From: a virus
Taxonomy: Duplodnaviria; Heunggongvirae; Uroviricota; Caudoviricetes
Direction: 5' to 3' (one strand)
Virus record (IMG/VR): IMGVR_UViG_3300047567_000058
Location: 80,405-144,404 of that record
DNA: 64,000 nucleotides
Below the pieces are notes generated by a model. That model searched no databases, was not told the DNA's origin, and saw only the letters and a list, made by a program, of their open reading frames with translations. The translations under genes were made by a program, and so were the position numbers. This document shows, in pieces, positions 16,824 through 24,473 of this stretch; positions within the stretch are counted from its first letter, which is position 1; every line of letters starts with the position of its first letter.

Positions 16824-17030
16824 TTACCGCAATGTCGCTTGCGAAGAGCTTTGATCAGCGATTAGGCAATCGTATTTGGTTACGGATCTATCCGCGGTCT
16901 TTGGGCCGACTGATGCGCGCTGCCAATCACAATGCCTATCGGTATACGAGGACGCCTTATTCTCCGGCATGCCAAAACTAAGCTCATTGCTAAGCTTAAT
17001 CGTTTCGTTTGACATGACTGATAATTTCAT
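16824..17030 (-). CDS. possible 68 aa leader ORF (may instead be a structured ncRNA)
   Basis: AGGAG SD before ATG 17030, but the region shows several complementary segments. Confidence 0.3.
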   Translation of the reverse strand: MKLSVMSNETIKLSNELSFGMPENKASSYTDRHCDWQRASVGPKTADRSVTKYDCLIADQSSSQATLR

Positions 17031-17066
17031 AAGGTTCTCCTGATACCGATTTCGATATCTGAGACT

Positions 17067-17095
17067 ATTATAGGTGCATATGGCTTCAGGGTCAA
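17067..17095 (-). promoter_or_regulatory. strong sigma-A/70-like promoter of main tRNA array
   Basis: TTGACC-N17-TATAAT. Confidence 0.8.
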
Positions 17096-17106
17096 GCGTT
17101 AGTTGC

Positions 17107-17137
17107 AAAAATAAGAAGCGGCATCGCTGTCGCTTCT
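17107..17137 (-). terminator. intrinsic terminator
   Basis: AGAAGCG/CGCTTCT hairpin then TATTTTT. Confidence 0.7.
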
Positions 17138-17141
17138 ATTC

Positions 17142-17351
17142 TCAAAGAGTCTTTCCGGTCTTTAGAAACCGCTCGTAGAACTTCTTGGTCGGAGTCCCAT
17201 CGAATATGGTTTCTGGCGTAGAGCCTAATCTGCTGGCAAGATCTTTCGCAGATTCTGCCGCTTGCTTCCTCTCGTCCGGGAACATCGCCGCCCAGCGATC
17301 AGTCCCGGCCAGGAATTCGGCAAGCATCATCTCATCGTCAGATGGAGTCAT
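17142..17351 (-). CDS. hypothetical protein
   Basis: 69 aa ORF overlapping upstream gene end. Confidence 0.6.
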   Translation of the reverse strand: MTPSDDEMMLAEFLAGTDRWAAMFPDERKQAAESAKDLASRLGSTPETIFDGTPTKKFYERFLKTGKTL

Positions 17352-17574
17352 AATGCTTCACGACCCGACTGACCCAGAACGCTGACTTGTCGCCGCAGTA
17401 GTACTCTTTGACATGCTTGCTGACCTGAATGACGTCTTCAACCTGGAGATTGTTTCTGTAGAGAAGCTTCTCAACCTGGTTGTCGGCCATCGTTCTGGTG
17501 ACGTATTTCGTCTTGTCGACGAATCCGTCTCCATGAACGACGCCTTTTAATTCATAATACTTTACATCTAGCAT
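17338..17574 (-). CDS. hypothetical protein
   Basis: 78 aa ORF, GAGG SD. Confidence 0.65.
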   Translation of the reverse strand: MLDVKYYELKGVVHGDGFVDKTKYVTRTMADNQVEKLLYRNNLQVEDVIQVSKHVKEYYCGDKSAFWVSRVVKHYDSI

Positions 17575-17691
17575 TTGTGTTAACCTCTCGATAATGGCTA
17601 TATTGTAATTGGCCCGGATTGGTTATCCGGACATTACAATATAGGGCGTTATCAAGGCAGCTGACAGTATGTAAGTGTTTTCAGAAAACGG

Positions 17692-17928
17692 TTACACGAG
17701 TTTTACGCCGGCTTGCGTGAGCGCGTATACGCTAGTTCCGTTGAAATTGAAGGTGATGTAATTGTCGCGCATGGCTTTGCTCATCTTGACGAATGCCGAG
17801 TATGTGCTTGGAGAGTTGGCGTTGACGAAATCGATCTTAGGGAGGTAAACGGCGGCGCCATCAGACCAAGGAATGCTTGCCAGATGGTATTCGTCGAAGT
17901 GACCACTATAGTAACGCCATATCTGCAC
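17692..17928 (-). CDS. hypothetical protein
   Basis: 78 aa ORF. Confidence 0.5.
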   Translation of the reverse strand: MQIWRYYSGHFDEYHLASIPWSDGAAVYLPKIDFVNANSPSTYSAFVKMSKAMRDNYITFNFNGTSVYALTQAGVKLV

Positions 17929-17952
17929 AAATTATTTGTTCGGCGATTCGGG

Positions 17953-17998
17953 AAATAAAAAAATAATCCGGAAGGCCGATGCTGTCGGGCTTCCGGAT
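17953..17998 (-). terminator. intrinsic terminator
   Basis: CCGGAAG.CCGA/TCGG.CTTCCGG hairpin then T-rich tract on minus strand. Confidence 0.6.
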
Positions 17999-18002
17999 CG
18001 TT

Positions 18003-18689
18003 TCAGATGCTGGCGTTTAGGTACATAGAGTCGTAAACCTCTTTTGGAACTAAATCCTTGAAAGCGTTTACCGCGTTCTTGATACTTTCTTCGCCGTACA
18101 CCGTGATGAAGTTGCTGTACATATATGAGTTCTTTTGCTCATGAGGGCCGACGTTGCGGCCATCGGAATACTTCCAGCCAAAATGGATCTCAGGCTCCCT
18201 GCTGCAGGCATATCTTTCTTTGACTTTCTCTATCCACGGAGTCACGGTTCCGTTTCGGATAAGAGACTCTCGGATGAGCTTTGTCGTATACACGTAGCAG
18301 CTGGTGAATGGCCTGGACGCCTCCGTGAAATTGAAGAAGCCTCTGTTCGTCAGAGTGTCGACGATGCATTTCTTAATCTCATAGTACATCCCGTCGGTTC
18401 CGACGTCCACGCTGGCAAGACGGCCTTTGCCATCTGTGACGGAGTAATAGACGCAGATGTTGCGCCCTTCCGGCATCATGAATGACACCACTGCCGATGA
18501 TTTGCGGTTGTATCTGATGTCGGCCGAAATGGCTTTGTTTATGAGATACTTCGGAATCGGAAGATTGATTCCTGGCTCAAGCAATGCCGGCTGCATGAGA
18601 TCCTCTCCGGATGACACGCAGGTGACGTATAGCTTCTTGATCTTGAGAAATGACCCAGGATCAAGATCTTTCAATAGACTAGGATTCAT
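18003..18689 (-). CDS. hypothetical protein
   Basis: Track ORF trimmed to MNPSLLK with GAAAGGAG SD. Confidence 0.75.
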   Translation of the reverse strand: MNPSLLKDLDPGSFLKIKKLYVTCVSSGEDLMQPALLEPGINLPIPKYLINKAISADIRYNRKSSAVVSFMMPEGRNICVYYSVTDGKGRLASVDVGTDGMYYEIKKCIVDTLTNRGFFNFTEASRPFTSCYVYTTKLIRESLIRNGTVTPWIEKVKERYACSREPEIHFGWKYSDGRNVGPHEQKNSYMYSNFITVYGEESIKNAVNAFKDLVPKEVYDSMYLNASI

Positions 18690-18703
18690 GATAATATCTC
18701 CTT

Positions 18704-19294
18704 TCAATAGGTATAAAAGGCTGATCCGTACACATACAGATTGATGCTTTCGTTTGGCACCGTTTTCGTATTGGATCCGCGATGGTAATAGATATCCGAT
18801 CGCAACAATCTGAGGAACTCTTCAAACGTATAATCCATGGCGGTCTTGTAGTTAGGCTCGTCAGATTGGATCTCGAAAATATGGATTCCTCCTGTGCATT
18901 TCAGATAATCAACCAGTTTGTCGAAATTGGCTGAGCCCTTGATGTACTGTTTGCTTGTCAACGATCTGAATATTCTCTGAATCTCCTGATATCTGGCGTC
19001 CAGATAGGCATCGATGAATCTGGCCGAGATACAGATATAGTACGGAGGATGGCCAACCCCTCCGACTAGGACTGCTCGGTCTTGGCTGTTAGGAGACATC
19101 CCGGCGTATTCGTTGATGCCTTTGACGAATTTCTCAACGGTCTTGCCGGTATCGCCATCGTCTTGCACCAGGTCTCCGTAAGCGGTGTAAAAGCACCATT
19201 GGCTGATGTAGTCGATGTGCTTGCAGTAAGCGGAATACCGCTTTCCGTTGTCTGGGGCTATCTTCGACAGATATAGAATGCTAGAGCGCCGCAT
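18704..19294 (-). CDS. hypothetical protein
   Basis: Start MRRSSIL overlaps upstream stop (TGATG). Confidence 0.7.
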   Translation of the reverse strand: MRRSSILYLSKIAPDNGKRYSAYCKHIDYISQWCFYTAYGDLVQDDGDTGKTVEKFVKGINEYAGMSPNSQDRAVLVGGVGHPPYYICISARFIDAYLDARYQEIQRIFRSLTSKQYIKGSANFDKLVDYLKCTGGIHIFEIQSDEPNYKTAMDYTFEEFLRLLRSDIYYHRGSNTKTVPNESINLYVYGSAFYTY

Positions 19295-19446
19295 CAAGAC
19301 ATCACCCCTTTCACGATGACATATCCGAATGCGACGCATGCGACTGCCATCACGGCGCATGCGGCCATCATAAGAACGATCTCGGCTATTTCCAGCCAGT
19401 CGCGTTTTGGTTTGTCGTTAGCGTCTTTTGTTTCTCTTGTCAGCAT
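19294..19446 (-). CDS. small single-TM protein (50 aa)
   Basis: GAAAGGA SD; MLTRETKDANDKPKRDWLEIAEIVLMMAACAVMAVACVAFGYVIVKGVMS*; below track cutoff. Confidence 0.6.
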   Translation of the reverse strand: MLTRETKDANDKPKRDWLEIAEIVLMMAACAVMAVACVAFGYVIVKGVMS

Positions 19447-19460
19447 AAGGATTCCTTTCT

Positions 19461-20465
19461 TCACATGTTTCTGTTTTCCGTAAGCTCAGTCATGCGCTTA
19501 GACGGATCATCTGATTGATGAGGGGCGAGCCCAGCCAATTCCAAATACACCAACGCTTCGTCGATATAAGCGAAGGAGTCATCGTTTTCGGTTATTGACT
19601 TGACAGCTAGCTTGATATTGTATTCGAGCAGATCTGATTGGTCGAGCAGACAAAGATACCCGGCGAAGTACTGGCTCCAATAGTTATCGAGGTATTTCCT
19701 TTGAACCTTGGACATCTCATCGATGTCTGGCTTTCGGTAGGCGCAGCTTACGAACGCTGGATCCGAGTCGTCTTTCTTATACATCAGAGACAGACTGAAT
19801 GTCTTTGGGTAATCAGGAAGGTCATATGCGGCGGTGTTAGAGATATTGGAATACTCGGTCGTCAAAACAATGACGATCTGGTCCCGCATCCCTTTCATGA
19901 ACCTGAATATGTGAGGGTTCTTGTATCCCCAGGGTTTGCTCTTGGAGTCTACGACTGTGAAGCTGCTGAATTTTACGATATCGAAAAGAATGCTATTTGA
20001 AGCTATAAATTTAGACACGATCGAATAGATTTGCTTTTCCTGCATAGGATAGAATGAGAATCTTGTCGATCGGTCTATCGATGATTCTGAGCATCCAAGG
20101 ATCCGGTCTCGGTTTATTTTGCTGTCTCGTCCGTACATGATCACTTGGCCGCGAATGAAGCATCCGTCTTTGTAATATGGGATGTAATAGGCTTTTCTAA
20201 CGGTTCCCTTGGAAAACACCCTCCAACGAATATGCTTGTCGCCTGATTTGTCGCCATTGTCGTCAATGTTGTATAGATTGATGGCGGCATCGTCCGAGGA
20301 GTTCCCATAAGTGAATTGATGGCCGAATTCGAATCCGGTTGAGGCGATCATGCTGCGTCCGGCCGGGATCTCGCATGATATTCTTTTGATCAATCTCGGC
20401 AATCCTAGCACGTCGTCGTATCTCATGTTCACGATATCTTTCATCGTGACGTCGCATTTGCGCAT
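19461..20465 (-). CDS. hypothetical protein
   Basis: Track ORF trimmed to MRKCDVTM with AAAGGA SD. Confidence 0.75.
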   Translation of the reverse strand: MRKCDVTMKDIVNMRYDDVLGLPRLIKRISCEIPAGRSMIASTGFEFGHQFTYGNSSDDAAINLYNIDDNGDKSGDKHIRWRVFSKGTVRKAYYIPYYKDGCFIRGQVIMYGRDSKINRDRILGCSESSIDRSTRFSFYPMQEKQIYSIVSKFIASNSILFDIVKFSSFTVVDSKSKPWGYKNPHIFRFMKGMRDQIVIVLTTEYSNISNTAAYDLPDYPKTFSLSLMYKKDDSDPAFVSCAYRKPDIDEMSKVQRKYLDNYWSQYFAGYLCLLDQSDLLEYNIKLAVKSITENDDSFAYIDEALVYLELAGLAPHQSDDPSKRMTELTENRNM

Positions 20466-20534
20466 AATCGCGGTTTCCTTTCTAGCAAAAATCCAGACGG
20501 CTTTCGCCATCTGGACTTGCGTTTAAGCGCGGAA

Positions 20535-22118
20535 TTATTTTTTATTTTCCTGATCGGCCTTGGCCTTGGCGGCTTCGGCTTGCTCCTTTAGGATCTCAGG
20601 CTGCTCGGAGAAGTATCCGCCTTCGTGAATGGTCACGAACGGGGTCATCACCGAGCTTGTCCCAGGATCTCCAGCCGAAGCGTTGACCAGAGACAATCTT
20701 CCTGTGTAGCTCGGATGAAGGTCTCGCTGGGTGATCGACACGCTCTTGCTTAGAGCCTGCGGGCCTCTGAACGTCACTTTCAGGAACGCGCTGAACAGAT
20801 TCATCTCGTTGGTGGCGTTGTAGTATCGCAGCAATTCTCCGGTGACCAGCTTCTTGATGATGAACATCGGCGTCAGGCCAGAGAAGATCTTCTCCAATGT
20901 CTGAACGTTGCGGGTAGGCTGGTTGATGACCTTGAAGATCTGTTGGCTGAAGTAGGATCTCAGCGGATAGAAGATGTACTCATACAGACGGATTCTCTTG
21001 TTGTCGAGATTCTGAGAGTCGCTGTTGAACAGCGTCTGGAAGTTGAACATGAGATATCTGATGATGCAGAATATGTCTTTCTTGTCTTCTTCCGCGATCG
21101 GCATCGTCCTCTGAGTGGCGGAGTCGATCAATCTTCCGAGCGAGACATAAACCGCTTTGACTTTCTCGAAGCGTTTGAACGCATCGGTAAGTTTGCTGAA
21201 GAAGCCGGCGGTCTTGTCAACCCAGAACCACGGAGAGGTCATATCGTCATAAGTGAAGAACAGTTTCTTTTTCTTGACGTCGGACTTCGAGCCGAGGATC
21301 ATGCCAAGAACGATCTTGGTTTTCTGATCGGACAGGTCTGACGCTTTCACCGATAAGAACACTCCGTCTTTCTTGTCTGATCTCAGGCAGAACACCTCTC
21401 GTCCGTCGCCCATCACGGATTCGGCGGTTGGACCGAATTTGAAGTCGACACCCAAGAAGTCCGTCATCTTCTTGATGATGCTCGGATCCTTATAGGCTTC
21501 GAACACCGCGAAGTCATCGAATGCCGAGATGCCTTTGGCGTCAAGCGACTCCAACGCGTATCTCGTCATGAAGTAATATAGCGGAGAGACTCTCTTTGAG
21601 AACAGCAGCGCGTCATACACGGGTATGCGCTCGACCACGGTTCCGGTCATCTCGGCTTTGGCATCCATCATCCCATCGAAGATGAGGGTGATAGGCATGA
21701 GCAGCGATTTGATCGACACGCCGTTTTCGGTGCTGTAGGAAAGATTGTCGACGATCTGATAGATCGGGAAGAATCTGACTGATTCGTTCTCATAGAAGCA
21801 ATCGTCCAAAAGCTTGTTGACGAAGATGAATCTGTCGATAGGCTTGTCGCGGCCTTTGATGTCGACGATGTAGTGAATGCGATCGAATCGGCTCTCGGTG
21901 ATAGGCTTGTAATAATGCCCTTGAGATCGGATAGGTCCGAATGACTCTTCGTCGGTTTCCAGCGTGACGGATCGGACTTTGATCTCAGGGAGAATCTCGA
22001 GGGACTTGAAGATGTCCTCGATATACACGACGTTCTCATCCTTTGAACGAGATAAAATAAAATCGTGGTTGAATCTCTCTGGGTTTGAATCAGAATACGC
22101 TGCTAGAAGATTTTGCAT
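20535..22118 (-). CDS. phage multisubunit RNAP beta subunit, N-terminal half (probably non-virion RNAP)
   Basis: QRDLHPSYTGRLSLVNASAGDPGTSSVMTP matches beta RDVHPSHYGR..TPEGPNIG; 527 aa, similar in size to phiKZ gp123-type halves. Confidence 0.8.
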   Translation of the reverse strand: MQNLLAAYSDSNPERFNHDFILSRSKDENVVYIEDIFKSLEILPEIKVRSVTLETDEESFGPIRSQGHYYKPITESRFDRIHYIVDIKGRDKPIDRFIFVNKLLDDCFYENESVRFFPIYQIVDNLSYSTENGVSIKSLLMPITLIFDGMMDAKAEMTGTVVERIPVYDALLFSKRVSPLYYFMTRYALESLDAKGISAFDDFAVFEAYKDPSIIKKMTDFLGVDFKFGPTAESVMGDGREVFCLRSDKKDGVFLSVKASDLSDQKTKIVLGMILGSKSDVKKKKLFFTYDDMTSPWFWVDKTAGFFSKLTDAFKRFEKVKAVYVSLGRLIDSATQRTMPIAEEDKKDIFCIIRYLMFNFQTLFNSDSQNLDNKRIRLYEYIFYPLRSYFSQQIFKVINQPTRNVQTLEKIFSGLTPMFIIKKLVTGELLRYYNATNEMNLFSAFLKVTFRGPQALSKSVSITQRDLHPSYTGRLSLVNASAGDPGTSSVMTPFVTIHEGGYFSEQPEILKEQAEAAKAKADQENKK

Positions 22119-22139
22119 TTAATAGCTCCCAAGTGGCTT

Positions 22140-22202
22140 GACAGCCTCTTTTCAGTACGCATAAATTATAGCGGTCATGCGAGCTGAATGCAAGAGGCTG
22201 TC
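22140..22202. repeat. long imperfect hairpin downstream of RT
   Basis: GACAGCCTCTT/AAGAGGCTGTC (11 bp) with nested TTCAG/CTGAA and CGCAT/ATGCG. Confidence 0.85.
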
Positions 22203-22211
22203 TTTAGAAAT

Positions 22212-23639
22212 TCACTTGGAGGGTTTGGCTTCGGGCATCTTGAAGTTGTATCTTGTCATAACGTCAGGATATTTCTTCAGAAGACGCTCGATCTTGCCTG
22301 ACTTATCGACATTTCCGGCATATGCGATTTGGCCAGCCAGCTGATCGATCGTTCCTTCGATCTTGCGATCTTTGGATAGCAGATAAACCTTCTGGCGGAT
22401 GCTTTCGTAAAGCGATCGCTTGCAAGTGATCTGGTTCTTGTCGTTGATAGACAGCCCAGTCACATGACGCTTGTCTTTCGTGCATCCATAGACCTTATCC
22501 ATATTGAGGGTGAAGTAGCTTTCCAATCCGCATACGATGAACGCCTTCTGGAAGATCTTGAGCGCGACGTCAGGAACGATGAACTTATAGGAGCTCATCG
22601 TCATGTCGTCGGCATAGACCGTGAAGGCCATTCCGCATTTGGCGCACATATTGCGCATATAGGCGACCGGCTTGGCGATGATGGCGTTGGCCAAAGTGCC
22701 AGAGATCGGAGACCCGATGAAAAGCGCGTCATCGATCAGAATCATATCGAGGAATCTGTTTAGGGCTCTTTCAGGATCAGGCGCGTTGGCGAACAGAAAC
22801 TTGATCTTGTCGCTGACGAGCTGACGCTTGCAGCTTTGGAAGAAGTGATGGAAATCAAGCTTGAAGACGAAGTCGTTATCCTTATGAGGGTCGACGTTGT
22901 CCACGATGCTCTTGTTCTCTTTGTACGCTACCTGGAAGCTGGAGTTGGTCTTGTCGAAGATGCGCTGAAACACCTTATTCAGATCCTGAAGAGGAACTTT
23001 GATTTCCTCATGCGGAGCGACGATGTCTCTTGTCTTGCCATTCGGCTTCTTGATCTGATACTGCCTGTAAATGATTTCTTTCTTATTGACGAGATCCGCA
23101 TACGCAAGAAAGACCGATACGATCTGAGGCATGAAGAAGAACTGCCCTCTTAAGTGCCCGCGGGATTCGACTTTCCTTTCGTAGTATGACAGATTTTCTT
23201 CGCATGATTTTAGGCCAAGCTGATCATGCGCGGCGATCAATGCGTCGGATTCGCGCTTGCTTAATCCCATGATTCCGCAAAGCTCTTTGGCGACGTCGTC
23301 ATTCTCGGTTTTGTATAGGCAAACCGCCTCGTTGCTTCCGTTGATAAGCAGGAAGTACCTTCCGCACATAAACGATTGGAAAAACTGATCATATTGGCAA
23401 TTGAAGATCTTCTCGCATTTCAGCATGAAGTCTTTGCGATTATCGACCATGATGCCTGAATTGATTGACTCAAGCTCAGACGGAGTCATGGCTTTCGCTG
23501 ATTCAACGCCTTGAAAATAGACCCGATTTGCCTGCTTGGAGAATACTATTGATTTGAGGCCGCCTGTGATGCTGTCTCCAAGGAAGCAGATCGTATCGCT
23601 TCCTTCAACTGCAGGATTGGATGATTCTTGAACTGACAT
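22212..23639 (-). CDS. retron-type reverse transcriptase with ~190 aa N-terminal extension
   Basis: KKPNGKTRDIVAP, DNVDPH (region X NAxxH-like), FKLDFHHFFQS, GSPISGTLAN, YADD, VTG (retron region Y). Confidence 0.9.
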   Translation of the reverse strand: MSVQESSNPAVEGSDTICFLGDSITGGLKSIVFSKQANRVYFQGVESAKAMTPSELESINSGIMVDNRKDFMLKCEKIFNCQYDQFFQSFMCGRYFLLINGSNEAVCLYKTENDDVAKELCGIMGLSKRESDALIAAHDQLGLKSCEENLSYYERKVESRGHLRGQFFFMPQIVSVFLAYADLVNKKEIIYRQYQIKKPNGKTRDIVAPHEEIKVPLQDLNKVFQRIFDKTNSSFQVAYKENKSIVDNVDPHKDNDFVFKLDFHHFFQSCKRQLVSDKIKFLFANAPDPERALNRFLDMILIDDALFIGSPISGTLANAIIAKPVAYMRNMCAKCGMAFTVYADDMTMSSYKFIVPDVALKIFQKAFIVCGLESYFTLNMDKVYGCTKDKRHVTGLSINDKNQITCKRSLYESIRQKVYLLSKDRKIEGTIDQLAGQIAYAGNVDKSGKIERLLKKYPDVMTRYNFKMPEAKPSK

Positions 23640-23664
23640 GATACATGTCCTTCTTTCTAGCGGA

Positions 23665-24336
23665 TCATTTCCGCTTTGTCTTAAACGGATTCGCGGATTT
23701 AGTATTCGACGATGTCATAGTCGGCTTCGGCTTCGTCCTGGGAGTGCAGAATTCGGATGGCTTAAGGCCATACGCTTTCTTTCTGGCATTCTCATAGACA
23801 TCGAATCCGCAGCCATAGTCATTGTAGCCATAGCAGCAATCGCAGCCATGCAGCTCTTTGGTGATGTTATCGACGCTGTTAGGATCGCCGCTGCATGACG
23901 AGAACACGTATCTGCCGATCGGGGCGTACGTCACATGCTCCGATATCTTGTTGCCTATCGTTATCTCAGTATGGTTCATCGTGGCCAGAATGGCGTAGTT
24001 CTTGCCAAGGCAATACATTAGGACGAGGAATCTTCCGGTTTCACGCCTTCCCGTGCTTCCGGATTCCCTGAATTCAAACACTCTGTATTTGTTGGTGCTC
24101 ACGAGAAAGTGATCCCATTTGCCAGTGCTCTGAGAGCTGTTGAGACCGGTGACGATGACTGACCCAGATCCCATGAGATTGTACCCATGGCATTCGTATG
24201 CCACGCCGTTAGACAGATCGTACTTCACGCCGTTAAACGACGCATGCTCATATCGAGCAAGGCTATGCATGCATTCTTTGACTGACTTCCAGTTCACGCC
24301 GCTTAACTGGCTTGGCTGGTTGTTCTGTGTCTTCAT
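23665..24336 (-). CDS. unknown RT-adjacent protein with Cys/Tyr/Gly-rich C-terminal segment
   Basis: 223 aa ORF with GGAAGGA SD; ends 26 nt before the RT start; SSCSG...HGCDCCYGYNDYGCGF. Confidence 0.75.
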   Translation of the reverse strand: MKTQNNQPSQLSGVNWKSVKECMHSLARYEHASFNGVKYDLSNGVAYECHGYNLMGSGSVIVTGLNSSQSTGKWDHFLVSTNKYRVFEFRESGSTGRRETGRFLVLMYCLGKNYAILATMNHTEITIGNKISEHVTYAPIGRYVFSSCSGDPNSVDNITKELHGCDCCYGYNDYGCGFDVYENARKKAYGLKPSEFCTPRTKPKPTMTSSNTKSANPFKTKRK

Positions 24337-24390
24337 GACTTGTCCTTCCCGGGAAAAATAAATAATTTCCCTAACTGTTTCGTATACATT

Positions 24391-24420
24391 TAAAAAGCCT
24401 TGAGTTATTGGCTCAAGGCT
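24391..24420 (-). terminator. intrinsic terminator-like hairpin after RNAP beta-C
   Basis: AGCCTTGAG/CTCAAGGCT then TTTTA. Confidence 0.7.
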
Positions 24421-24473
24421 GGCTAGTAGGATTAACGTCTTCCTAGCTTCACTGGAATCATATATCCCCAGCG

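Noticed and set aside
22212-23639. DGR or group II intron RT
   Set aside because: No TR/VR pair with A-specific mismatches seen, no DGR-type GxxxSQ motif, no maturase/HNH domain or domain V; VTG and region X favour the retron class.
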